A DNA stretch of 64,000 nt from the NCBI RefSeq assembly GCF_037042905.1, contig NC_087251.1:35590001-35654000 (forward strand), written 5' to 3'. The notes below the pieces were generated by a model. The model did not search any database. It worked only from the letters and a program-made list of their open reading frames with translations, and was not told the DNA's origin. Of the stretch, positions 37,970 to 50,882 are shown piece by piece. Both the position numbers and the translations under genes were made by a program. The stretch is from Lytechinus pictus. Taxonomy: Eukaryota. The stretch's first letter is position 1; the number at the start of each line of letters is the position of its first letter.

Positions 37970-38749
37970 CAGTGCGTCCCACAAAAAACGAAACCGAGAT
38001 TTATCGACGATTTATCACAACTTAATCACAAAAACAATAGACAAATGACCTACCATTGTAAAGCTTAGAATCTTCTCTTTCATCTAAAATTACTTAGATT
38101 ATTTCTCATTCACGCATGAGTGAGCAAAAACAATTTGAAGAGGGGATACCAAAAAGTCATTTGGCGGGCTGTATCTGGGATTCAAAAAGAAAACCACATT
38201 TTTAAAAAGTTCAAAATCAGTTCTTTAATTTGATAACTCAATTACAGAAAATGGTCAAGAAATAACAAAGTTCGGGTCATTTGAAATAAGGCTTGAATTT
38301 CAATAATTTCATAAAATTAAGAGGTTCTACAGGCTAGCTTACTAACTCACTTGACACTCCGTTTTGTTGACGATCAGCCATGCATACATTTTTTTGTTAA
38401 CCATGCGATAGCTTTTGTGGGAAAACGGTGAAAACATATTTATTTGATAAAATTATGGAAATACAAGCATTGTTTCGAGGGAACATAACTTTTTTACTTC
38501 TTGACAATTTTTTGTGATTAAGGTATCAAATAAAAGAGCAGATATTGAACTTTTTAGGCAAGTGAATTTCTTTTTGAAGTTCAGATTCCCCCCCCCCCCT
38601 TGCCAAATGAGTTTTTTGGTATCCTTTCTTCAATTGATTTTGCTCACTCATGCGTGAATGAGGAATAATATATTGTCTATATTGTATTTGTTATTAAGCT
38701 ATGATAAGTCATCGCTTAATCTCGGTTTCGTTTTTTCTGGGACACACTG
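37970..38749. mobile_element. Tc1/mariner-type MITE, 780 bp, almost fully palindromic
   Basis: TA|CAGTGCGTCCCACAAAAAACGAAACCGAGATT ... AATCTCGGTTTCGTTTTTTCTGGGACACACTG|TA; inverted similarity continues several hundred bp inward. Confidence 0.85.
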
Positions 38750-38785
38750 TATACGTTGACACTGGCGTACATAATTAAATAAAAA

Positions 38786-41700
38786 ACTAGATTTTAATTC
38801 GTCATGCGGACGAATTAGGTGGTCTGTCATGATTTTTCATTCATTGTCGGCTAATGTTGTATAAAATGAATCCCGGGAATGAATCATTCAGATATGATTG
38901 ATAATCTTGATCATAGACATCAAAGGAATAAATTTTGACCATTGCTAAATGTGATTATAAATGTAGTGATGACAATCGTGATGATTATAATGATGGTGGT
39001 GATAATGCAATATGTTAAATACGAAATAAAGTTAGGAGCACGTAAAATGCCGGCTTAAAAACTCTCCAAAAATCTCAGACGATTTTACCGAAATTGGCTT
39101 TCCAAAATTGCGCAATGAAAGGCGCCTTAATTTTCACAGCAGCTAATTTTTAATCGACAGTTTGATGTTTTTTATGCAAATTCTTGTTAAAAATTCTTTG
39201 TACTTTGAGCATTTTTTTTTTAATTTCACCCACTGACATTTCACAATGTCAGTGGGTATTAATTTCACAGAATACTTGAAAATTCATAGGTGATACTTTT
39301 TAAAAGCTAAAATATCTTAAATATTTTTGTTCAAATTTTCTGCTACATTTCAATAGATTTTAATGAGAAGTTTCATAATGCTATAATTTCACAGCATTCA
39401 CCTCAAAACTCATGAGTGATGTATTTGATAAAAGAACCAGATTTTTTTGTAAATGTTTGCCAAATTTCTGAAAATTGTTAAACATTTCAAATAATATTTT
39501 CCGTCAAAAATTTTCAATATCCATTTATTAATTGTGTATGACTTTGACATTTACTTGAAAATTCTTTCTTGATGATTTTTACTGAAAAAAAGTCAGGTAA
39601 AAGATTCAAATACTGGCAATTTTCCCGCAAAATTTCGGGAACATGTGTAATTAACTAAATTGCACAATTTTTTCATTTCACAGAAGGTACCTGAAAATTT
39701 GTTATATGTTATATTAAGTAAAAATGAACAAACAGAAAAAAATCCAGGAATTTCCGCAAAATGTCCGGAATGAAAATTTTCAACCCAATAGCGTTTAAAT
39801 ATTGCAGCGTTTACTAAAAAATACATAAATGATGTTTTACAATGTTAAAATTGCCCCTTAAAAAGTTCCGGCAAAATTACAAAAATTGTCCTACATAAAA
39901 AAATGCAAGGCAAGTGGGCTTGAAATTTTCAGGAAGACTGTACAATTGGTTAATAAAACATTTCTCTAAAGAATTTCTCAAAAATTACGTCCAGAAAAAA
40001 TTTGCAAAAATTTAAACACATCATAACACATTGATGCTGTGGTCAAAAGTCAAAATTATTCCCACGTTATTTGTAGAGAATTGTCTTCACTATACGATAT
40101 CAAAATTTGGAAGAAAACTGACCAGTAAAAACGAAGATACGGTCAAGTCATTGACGTTTGTTGCGGAAATATGTAATTTTCACTAATAACTTAAAATTGA
40201 CGTAATTACAAAATCTCCAAATGAAATATTGAATATATAAAAGAGTGAGAAAAAATTTGGGGTCAACGGACTCCCTGAAGAGCTACAGTGAATTTTATAT
40301 AGGCATATTTTAGCCCATTTACGCGCGCGTAATGCAAATTTGAATGGACGCGCATTCCCGTATTATTGGTCGTAAGAGGCTGAATGAGGTATCAAATTAA
40401 TCAGAAGATAATGAACAATGGAAAGACATGAAAGAAATGATGACTCGAAGATGCATAACGATGGTAGGTGCAAGAACGCGCACGCATACCTGTGCGCGCG
40501 CAAATTCTTGACATGCTCAAAATGACCAGAAACGTACCCAAACTTGACCACGGTCGATTTGGGGAAATTTAAAATTTTGACGCGCGCGTACGTGCGCGTC
40601 GTGACCTTTGCATGACCTCTGATGATATGTCCTGATGACCTGTCACCTGAACTTGATATGATGCAAATATGGATGATTTTTGATGATTAGTTGCGATGAT
40701 ATGATCAATCATTTAATTTTACAAAATGGCGCCTAGATGACGTCATCATGATTTGATAACCTTGAAAAGTTTCCATTCCCATGTCCATAATGATGCCCAT
40801 ACATGACATGAAAATCAAGGAAATTGACATGCCCGATTTTGAGATAGAGGTGGACAAAGATTTGGCAATAAAAATAAAGAAAATTCTGACGAATATAATA
40901 GGTGATCTGTCATCTTAATGACAGACCACCTAAAAGGGACCAAAAAAAAAAAAAAAAAAAAAAAAGGGGGTCCAGCGAGGTTTGAACCACCGAACCCTGG
41001 TATACCAGTCAGGTGTGTTATCCAGTCGGCCACAGTGTGTTCGACAAGCACAGAGAGCAAAATAGGAAACATATTGTCAACTTGACATTGAATGTACATT
41101 CTTGCAATTCCAAATTGGCATGATGACAAAACTCTACAAATTCTAGTTTTGAGAATAGTACAAGCTTTAAAATGAAACAGTGGAGATATTGTCTAAAGGA
41201 TACATTCTAAGCTAAAACATATTGAAAATTTGGCGAGAACAGACCAAGATTTACGGAATTAAAATCAATTTAAATGACTGTGGTGACATCATGAAACAGA
41301 AAACACTTGTTCTTAGTTCCGACGCCATTTTGATGACGTCACGATGTAATTAAGAGTCAAATGTGGCATGAAATCATATCTCCTATTCATACTCTATTCG
41401 AATATGAAAAGAAAAATTGGGGTCAACGGACTCCCTGAAGAGCTACAGTGAATTTTATATAGGCATATTTTAGCCCATTTACGCGCGCGTAATGCAAATT
41501 TGAATGGACGCGCATTCCCGTATTATTGGTCGTTAGAGGCTGAATGAGGTATCAAATTAATCAGAAGATAATGAACAATGGAAAGACATGAAAGAAATGA
41601 TGACTCGAAGATGCATAACGATGGTAGGTGCAAGAACGCGCACGCATACCTGTGCGCGCGCAAATTCTTGACATGCTCAAAATGACCAGAAACGTACCCA

Positions 41701-42093
41701 AACTTGACCACGGTCGATTTGGGGAAATTTAAAATTTTGACGCGCGCGTACGTGCGCGTCGTGACCTTTGCATGACCTCTGATGATATGTCCTGATGACC
41801 TGTCACCTGAACTTGATATGATGCAAATATGGATGATTTTTGATGATTAGTTGCGATGATATGATCAATCATTTAATTTTACAAAATGGCGCCTAGATGA
41901 CGTCATCATGATTTGATAACCTTGAAAAGTTTCCATTCCCATGTCCATAATGATGCCCATACATGACATGAAAATCAAGGAAATTGACATGCCCGATTTT
42001 GAGATAGAGGTGGACAAAGATTTGGCAATAAAAATAAAGAAAATTCTGACGAATATAATAGGTGATCTGTCATCTTAATGACAGACCACCTAA
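38786..42093 (-). mobile_element. Helentron/DINE-1-like rolling-circle element with a duplicated 5' part, inserted into a CAGTGGCGTA-type MITE (38760-42286)
   Basis: Minus-strand 3' end CTAGT preceded by hairpin AATTCGTC-ATGCG-GACGAATT; subterminal IR TTAGGTGGTCTGTCAT / ATGACAGACCACCTAA with 5' hairpin; A-rich flanks; MITE ends on either side. Confidence 0.7.
40257..42093. repeat. 677-bp near-identical direct repeat (40257-40933 and 41417-42093)
   Basis: Offset 1160 bp; only one substitution noticed (CGTAAGAGG vs CGTTAGAGG); two near-identical 62-aa ORFs appear in the track. Confidence 0.95.
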
Positions 42094-42959
42094 TAAAAAT
42101 CGCACGACCAAGAAAAAAAAGAGAAGGGTGAAATATATTATTTTATGAATATTATGTCAAAATCTGTCACAAATATTTGATTTTTGTAATAAAAATTACA
42201 AAATTTTTGCTCGCTCGCTTCGCTCTCTTGCAACTTTTCCCGATACGCCATATCGAACCCCCTCAATTTTTTCCCATTACGCCACTGCAAGTATGTGTGG
42301 GCATGTGATTTTACTTAACGATATCAAAGGGGACAATAAAGAAGGGGGCTTCCAAGCGTTTCATATACTATACTCATACGAGTGAAAAAAATTATAATTT
42401 TAAGGGCAATATTTTCAAATTTGAGAGACCTTTAAACGTAATATAAGCATGATAAGGTATAATAGAATACGACAATGGATGAAGTTTTTAATATCAATGG
42501 TACGTACCAACCCCCTTGAAGAAATTGTTATTAGGGAATTTGATGACCGAGGGAAGATTTTCGAAGTGAAGTCAAGCATCTGGAGTAATTAATTATGAAC
42601 TTCCAAAAATGTAAATCTACAAAATGTTTAAATTCCTGAATGGAATAAGCAACATGCGAAAAGGCTGCAAAAGAATATAATTTAGTCTACACAATAGAGT
42701 ATTGCATAGAATAGAGTAAAATCACTCTACTTGAAACAGAGGCGTCGAACCTGGGGGCAGGGCGATCGCCCCTATAGATATTGGGGGACAAACATATTGA
42801 TTTGCTCCCCCAATTATTTTGACAACTTGAAAATTTTGTAGTATTTTGATGCAAAAACATGTTTGAAAAAGCATCATAAAGCACTATCAAACCATTATAC
42901 TTGATATTAAAATACTATTAAACATAGTCGAAACCTGCGAAGTTTCACAGATAAATTAT

Positions 42960-43194
42960 TGTTCCAGACCTCCTTTCGCAAAAGAAAAGGCACACGCGAA
43001 GGCGGACTAGGAACAAACAGATCGCTTCATATTTATTATATATATTGACAAACAAACCGGATACTTTGGGGTTATATACAGATCTTCAATTGACTTGATT
43101 ATACAACTGTAAACAACGTGGTATACCTTCGAATCATAAAATACAGTAGCATATTAGCAAAATGATTGTAATTGTACATTTATGTCAAGCTAAT
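42960..43194 (+). pseudogene. Degenerate duplicate of the TMEM145-like last exon and proximal 3' UTR
   Basis: GCGAAGGCGGACTAGGAAC.AACAGATC, CAAACCGGATACTTT, TAAACAACG, TATACC.TCGAATCA and TTATGTCAAGCTA are shared in order with 34232-34422. Confidence 0.8.
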
Positions 43195-43310
43195 CAGGGC
43201 CAAGGGAACAAGTTTTTTCAGTGGGGGTGTTGAGATCTCTCCTCAAAGGTGGGGGGCACACAATTGAGTTTTCCATCGTTCTTTTATACACACACTCAAA
43301 TATATATATA

Positions 43311-43365
<55 letters not shown>

Positions 43366-45867
43366 GGGCAGATAGCTCTGGGGAACCTTGATTTAAAGGG
43401 ATTGTTTCACTTTGTGAGCAATTTAAAAAATTATCATATTGCTTTTTGAAAATGGTATGAACATTTGACTAACAGCTCAAAAATACCCATGTGAAAGTTT
43501 GGGATCATAACATGTTCGGGAAGTGTTTTTAAAAACTGAAAATCTGAGGCAATGTTTGAAGAGAAAAATGCACTTCTCGACGGTTGATTCATGATTCTGT
43601 TTCCAATTTAAATCGATATTATATAGCGCCACCTTGTGATGTATGCAAGAAAGTAGGCGGAGCTTACCACGGGGAATTTCGCTTCTTGCATGATCTGTGG
43701 GCGAAGTTAGTGTGTTTTGGGTTTTTCTGTGTCTCCGCTCGATGTGTGCGATAAGCGATCGATGCGTGTGCGTTGCTTATTGCCTGTGTGATCAAAGCAA
43801 TGTCTTTGGATCAAAGGATGTAGCTGTGTATACGTGTGTGTCGTTTGTGCATAACATTGCATTGGGGATATCATACATGGACGGACCTACTAGGTCCATG
43901 ATCATACTGTCGAACTGTGTCGAACTCGTGAATGTCCATTCCTTTTTTGGGCTGTACATTTGAATATGCTACATGTATGCTTCATAATGAACTTTGTAGA
44001 CTTATAGACCATGGGATTTTGATGAATTTATATTTTGGCGACGTAAATTAGTAGCAAATAAAACGACAACAACGGAAAAGAACGCGACAAACCGGGGCTA
44101 CAAATACAATCTCAGATCTACAGTGTAGAGTAGTAGTAGTTTTTTTTGTGGATCATGGGGGGATGGAGCGTGATTATCCAGAAGCTATATTGTGCCCCCC
44201 CCCCAAAAAAAAAAAAATTCACCTCTGTTCTTTTCTTTAGTTTACCTTTGCATGCACTACAAGATATCCTTGTGGTTGTTGATAATTCTCTTTTACCTGG
44301 TCACGATATAGCAAATGTCCGTCGACTGGTTCGAGAAGAGAATGCAATATAGCTCCATGTAATGTAATTTCATGGAGCTGTAATATGTATCCAAACTCCA
44401 CTCTCAGTGGTCATGCAGGCCTTCGTGTGTCATGTGCATGTTTACATGCACGGGGCAGGGAAGTGTTATAGCTGGGTAGGAACTCGCAATAAAGGCAGTG
44501 ACCTCTCCTTCTCCCCCCCCCCCCCCCCTGGCATGGAAACTTTACCATCCACCATCGTGGTTTTTGTGTGTGTGTGTGTTTTTACGTTCTCCACGAGCTC
44601 CCCCAACAAAGATATTCCCATCCCATCAAAATATTCGGTAGGCCTATCTTCACGTAAGATGCTTATGAGAAACTCCCGGGGAGAAACTATATGATCAACA
44701 TGATCAACGTATTGCCCCCCCCCCCCTCCGATCGATCGGGGCCTATCCGTTTTGGACTTTATTTTGGAACGTGGTAGATAGGGTAGTTGCAAACCCAAAA
44801 CATCTCAACTCCTAGACCCCGGACTATCATGACTATTAGACCTACAAATTATTATCCATAAACTTTGTTGGTTTTGTGTATTTGATTTGAATGGTTTTTT
44901 GTAAGGGGTAGGAATCGTATTTAATTTTATCCATGATTGGGGTCAATAATTCTTTCAGTTTCTCCGCCATATAATCCGCTCATGACATCTTTCAAATCAT
45001 ATCACTTTTCTTTTACATTTTACATTTCTTTTCTGCTCTTTTCTTCTCTTCTGCTTCCCCTCGCTCCTCCTTCCGTAAATTCTTTACAGTAAAAAAGAAG
45101 TCTGATTTTTTTTACACAACCCTGATTACTATATGAACCTTACGTGAAAATAGTGTTTTGTGTCGCCAAAATTGTTAGCTCGCGCTTCGCGCTCGCATCA
45201 TTCAGACTGTTCCATTGCAAGTTTCTTACGTGTTGGGCAGCGCTTTTAAAATATTCACTTTTATGTCAGTAAATTTAGTTCGCGCTACAAACAGCTTGTT
45301 CTTTATTGTTTTACAACGTCCAGTCATGATCGAGTATATAACTTCGGGTAGGGCGAAAAATTAAATCACATCGGATCTGCTTTATCTTCTGAATATTGAT
45401 GCCTTTGGATGTTAGAAGATCCCACAGAGCGAAGACGGCTGAATTGGGGGGGGGGGGGTCTCGGGGGCAATTTTGAAGAAATCAATTTGGTCATATTTTG
45501 GAAAATTTGGACCAGTCGCCGCAAAAATATATTGTTGAGCATGATATACCCTTCGTATTCATTATTACAAGAAGTCCAAAAGGAATGTCCAGTTTTTATG
45601 TCTACATGTATTGTATTGTCTTTCGCGCTTGCAATGATTGTTTATCGAGGTACATATAATTTGATATTTACATTAAAAAAAAACCTGCTTAGAATGTCCA
45701 GTTGTCGGGCCATAATAATATTCAGCTCGCGCTATTCGCTCGCATTGTTTCATTTAATATCCACCATGTCCACAGTGGCGTATCTATACAAACGAGGCCC
45801 GGGCAAGTGCTAAAATTGCACCCCTTTCAAAATATAGGTCTATTGTGTATATACTCTGCACTCGACC

Positions 45868-48800
45868 AGTAGTAGTAGTAGTATTTATTTCCGTATTAAA
45901 AGCACAATTATATACAATAAAATACGGTGGATAGCCCACATTCAGCGTGACTGGCACAGTAGCGCTGGTCTTCCGTGGGGTCCATAACATTTAACATTAA
46001 CGTATAATTTAGACACAAATAAACCACATTAGATTAACAGATGTACAGAAGAAAAATGAAAATGTAAATATCAACAGTAAACATATTAAGATTTAAAAAA
46101 AAAAAAAAAAAAAAAAAAATTAAGGGGCGCAAACCTAACAGGGAATGGGGGGGGGTACCGGAGTCCATGTGCTACAGATCAACAATCTTAGATTTGAAAA
46201 TATTAATACTAGGGGATGATTTGATGTGAAGAGGAAGGGAATTATAAGCCATGGCGCTTTTATACTTGAAGGATCTTTTGAGGTAATTTGTTCTTGGTTT
46301 TGGTAATTTAAATTTGGTTCCGAAACGGGAGGGATACGTATGTGATACTAACTCAAATTCATTTCTTAAATATTTTGGAGATAGATTATTCATGATCTTA
46401 TACATGAGAATAAGGGAATGATCGTTTCTTCTTTTGTCCAACAATTGCCAATTTAGTGTATCATGCATTTCCAAAATAGATATATGAGATTCGGGTTTAA
46501 TTTGGAGTATAATACGACCTGCTCTGTTTTGCAGTTTTTGAAGGCGGTCTGTGTATTTCCTAAAGGATGCATCGTAAACAACATCACCATAATCAAAGTA
46601 GGGGAGGATCAATGAACTATATATTAATTTCAGGATCGATTCACTTAAGGATCGCCGCAATCTTCCCAGAAAGCCGACTAATTGACCTATTTTTTGCAAC
46701 ATGTTGTCTATATGCAAGTTAAAATTCAAATAATCATCAACTATGATGCCTAGGTATTTGACATGATGAACTTGTTCTAATGGGGTATTATTTAAGGAAA
46801 CATGAAGGACATTTTGTTTAGAAATCATATTCTTGCTTCCGATGAGCATACAGACCGTTTTTTGACAGTTAACACTTAACTTATTCTGGCACATCCATTG
46901 GTACATATTTTCTAAATCTGAGTTTAGGGCCTCGTTGATTCTATCTATGGAGGGGTGTGAAAAATACAAAACGGTGTCATCCGCATACAATTGGATATGA
47001 CATGTATTAATACATTTCACTAGATCATTGACATATAATATAAAGAGCAGTGGCCCCAGGAGTGATCCCTGGGGCACACCGCAGTTAATAACTGATTCAT
47101 AAGAGAGTTCCGAATTGATAAGAGTCCTACAAACCCGGTTTGACATGTAACTTCGAAACCATAAGGATGGTGTGCCAGAAATACCTAAGTTATTCATTTT
47201 TTTCAAAAGAATATCACAGTTCACGGTGTCGAATGCTTTTTTTAAATCGACGAAGACGGCCCCAATGTAATGTTTAAGATCGATTGAGTGAAACCAGTCA
47301 TTGGTTACCTTTAGGAGAGTGGTAATGGTTGAGTGCCTTGGCCGAAAACCGGATTGGGCAGGTGTCAGAATATCATTATTTCGCAAAAAATCTAAAACTT
47401 GCCGTTGGACAACCCTTTCCAGTATTTTAGATACGCAGGGCAAAATTGAGATGGGCCTATAATTCGAAGGAGAATTTTTATCGCCACCTTTGTGAATTGG
47501 GATAATCTTAGCTTGTTTCCATTGTTGCGGAAATATACCGCTTGACAAAGATAAATTAATCAACTTAGCAATACTCATTGATATCTCCATAGAGCATGCC
47601 TTCAAGACAAAGACAGATATCTTATCAACACCGACAGACTTAGTGTTTTTAAGATTTCTTATGATTTTCAAAACATCATGTTCGTTCACCTGAGTGAATG
47701 CAAAAGTCTCATTTGTATAATTACCATCTTCTGTATGGAGGTTCATATCGGGTATTTCACTGGCTAATTGTCTCCCTACATTTGCAAAGTAAGTGTTGAA
47801 TAGGTTAGCAGTTTCAGTATTACAATCCGAATTAGACGAAACTGTGAGATTTTCACGTTTTTTATTCGGAATAATGGACTTTAAGGTTTTCCAAGTCTGT
47901 TTTGGGTTTACCTTAAGATTTGTAAATTTATCAGAGTAATACCGTTTCTTTGATTTCCTTACTTCATTTGTTACCTTATTTCGTAATATTCTGTACTCGC
48001 ACATAAGTTTATCATCTTTCAGTTTGCAAGCTTTTCTTTTAAGTTTGTCACGTTTTTTCATGAGTTTACAAATATTTGCATTCATCCAAGGAGAACCCTT
48101 TGTACTTATTCTTTTTGAACGATTTGGCATGTGTTTGTCAACAACTTGTAAAAACATATTTTGCCATAAATCGACAGCATCATCAACTGAATTACATTGA
48201 TCTATACTTTCCCAATTCTGGTTACGAATATCATTTCTAAAGTCATCAATATTGAGCTTGCTGCAACTTCTGAAAGTGATAAATTTTGGCTGAGCACAAA
48301 TCTTAGAGTTCCAGGTCAGGAAGCTAATCGAATGGTCACTCATTCCGTTATGAATTACACCATGATTCACTAAGTTTTTGGTGTTGTTTGTTAATAGGTG
48401 ATCAATCAATGTAGCAGAAAGATTAGTGATTCTTGTTGCTTCTTTGGTATTAACTTGGACCAGAGAATAAACATTATTTATATCAATATATTTCTTGGTC
48501 ATGCTTGATAAGGGTTTAGCTAGGATATCACAGTTTACGTCACCTGCTATAACTATATCACAATTCATTGTGTCAATAATGCTTAGAAATCTTTCATACA
48601 AATTAAAGATTCCAATATCTGAGGATGGTGGTCTATACCAAGTTGATACGATGAGAGGTTTTGAAAACTTGAGATAAATCTTAATAACAAGTGCTTCTAA
48701 ATCATCAAGGAATTCGTGAATCATTTTTTCAAAATGTAATGAATTGTGGAGATAAATGGCTACTCCACCACCCTGTCGAACTCTGTCTTTACGAACCAAA

Positions 48801-49320
48801 TTGTAATCGTCAATCATAATTTCTTTATCATAGATAGATTCATCTATTTTGGTTTAATTAATTGCGAATACCTGAACCTTGTTAGTCTTAACAAATGTTC
48901 TCACTTCTTCAATGTGTCTTAGTAGGCTGTTAACATTTAAATGGGCGATCTTAAGGCCATTACCACGTAATTCTTGGTAGTATAAACCATGAATACAAGC
49001 AATGTTTCGGTGGGTAGTATTTGTACTGACATTAACTGACTCTGGAATAGTGATATTTTCCGATTCATTATAGAAGGGCATGTCCTTAAAAATACAAATG
49101 TTGCATTGCCAACCGAAAAAGTTCTCTGACTTGTCATTGTAGATCTCTTCAGGAATACCAGCACAAATGATATGTAGCCATTGATTGCATTTGGTACACT
49201 TCAGTCCCTTCTGATTGTTCTTAACCGGTTTCATACAACAGGCACATGCTTTCATATAATCTTTCATATATTCTCAAGGAAAATACATGTATGTTCATCC
49301 ACGTTGGAATGACCCATGCA
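45868..49320 (-). mobile_element. CR1/L2-group non-LTR retrotransposon (PHD-APE-RT), near full length
   Basis: ORF with APE and RT motifs; 3' UTR with stem-loop-like GGACCCCACGGAAGACCAG...TGTGGGCTATCC, then AATAAA and a (TAC)n tail ending at ~45868. Confidence 0.92.
46172..49267 (-). pseudogene. LINE ORF2 (PHD finger, AP endonuclease, reverse transcriptase) with one in-frame stop at 48854-48856
   Basis: PHD CACC..CTKC.QWLH..C...WQCNIC; APE motifs HLNVNSL, YRPP, GDVN, LIDH, SDH; RT motifs YRPISIL, QSGFR, DLKKAFD, GVPQGS, YADD, YLG. ORFs 48854-49267 and 46172-48817 share a frame (AIN*TKIDESIYDKEIMIDDY). Confidence 0.92.
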
Positions 49321-49600
49321 GCATCCGTAAAAATCCGTAAGAATCCGTAAGAATCCGTAAAAATCCGTAAGAATCCGTAAGAATCCGAAAAAATCCGTAA
49401 TAATCCGTAAAAATCCGTAAAAATCCGTAAAGATCCGTAAGAATCCGTAAAAATCCGTAAGAATCCGTAAAAATCCGTAAGAATCCGTAAGAATCCGTAA
49501 GAATCCGTAAAAATCCGTAAGGATCCGTAAGAATCCATAAGGATCCGTAAAAATCCGTAAGGATCCGTAAAAATCCGTAAAAATCCTTAAGAATCCGTAA
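49321..49600. repeat. Decamer tandem array (GAATCCGTAA/AAATCCGTAA)n
   Basis: About 28 units immediately 5' of the LINE ORF. Confidence 0.95.
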
Positions 49601-49708
49601 AATTATGTGAGTAATCGAAGTCCTTTCGCGCGCGTTTCATGATTACGTATTATTACAAGGTTGAACGTTAATTTTCTTCATTTCCCAACAAATAATCATC
49701 GAGTCAAC

Positions 49709-50882
49709 ATGAATACGTTGGATATGCCCAACCGTTACGCTTGTTCACGATGCGATAAAACCTTTAGTAGGAGGTACGATATGCAAAGGCATGAACAAAA
49801 CGAGCATGATACTGGACAAGAAACGAGTGAAGATGAAGACTCCGACCCATCCTCTCAAATGCAAAGAGTTGAAGAATCCAACGATGATTCTGAAACGAGC
49901 GTATCAGAAAGCGATGGACACGAATCGTCAATGACAGCAAACATGGAAGAAACTGAAGCCCGGGGGGGGGGCACTCGACCACAAAAGTGGTGGGGGTGTG
50001 CCGCGGGCGAGACAAAAAACGGGGGCCTTGGAGCGGGCTTATTGTAAAAAGGAGGGTCCTCGGAACGGGCTTCGGAACTACAAATGTTTGTGAAAACGGG
50101 GGTCCTTGGAACGGGTCGCCTGCGTGCGAGTGCGTATACATCTCTATGGAACGTGCATGCAGCTGGGCTACGGCACGACTGCCGGGCGCGCTAGCGCAGA
50201 GGCGATGGTTAGACAGCGAGTTGCGGCCGCTTTTCACCAAAATTGCGACCGGAACGGCGTAACGGAAAATATGCGAAGCCCTGGAGCGGAATTTTGTTCT
50301 TCTTTTTTCTCGAGAAGAAGAAAATGCTATGCTTTGGAGCGGCTTTCTTTGTTCTTTTTCTCAATAAGACAAAAATGCTATGCCTCGGAACGGAAATTTG
50401 AGTGTAAAAATGGGGGTCCCCTCCGCGGCACATACCCACTATGCATTATATACTGAGTGCCCCCCCCCCCCCCGGGAACTGAAGACAACCTCGCTTATCG
50501 CGGATGGTTAGAGCAAGCCATGACGGCCACCAAGGACTTGAGAGACGAAAAATATCAGAAATACATCTCAGAAGGAATGGAAGAAGAAGACGCTAAAGCA
50601 AAGGCTCACGTGAAACTAATGTGGGCAGTCAAACGCATCTTTTTCGATCTTTACTCTCAGTTCTTGCAGCAGAACGTGTACCACGAAGACGCTGACATCA
50701 ATCGTGAAATCGTGTCCGATCTCTCGGAAAGATTAGAGAATGGCATGGAATTCCGGAAAGCCGTACAGAGAGTGTTAGCCAGGCATGGTTCACAATTCGA
50801 TGGTTTATTCCAGTATCGAGGTGACGATGACGATGATGATGGTGGAGAAGAAACGGAGGGTGAAGATGGAGTCTACAACTAA
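49709..50882 (+). pseudogene. Intronless C2H2 zinc finger / acidic / helical-domain gene (215 aa when reconstructed), disrupted by a MITE; probably Polinton/Maverick cargo
   Basis: YACSRCDKTFSRRYDMQRHEQNEH finger; deleting 49959-50484 joins ...MEETE to DNLAYRGWLEQAM... in frame to the stop at 50880-50882. Confidence 0.8.
49959..50476. mobile_element. 518-bp MITE with CCCGGGG(n)CACTC TIRs and 8-bp TSD
   Basis: TSD AACTGAAG at 49951-49958 and 50477-50484; a second copy of the right end lies at ~60660-60857. Confidence 0.92.

Noticed and set aside
42951..43010. Functional alternative last exon for the TMEM145-like gene
   Set aside because: Nearby AG acceptors are not in phase with the phase-0 donor at 29130 for the ...AKAD* frame; treated as a relic.
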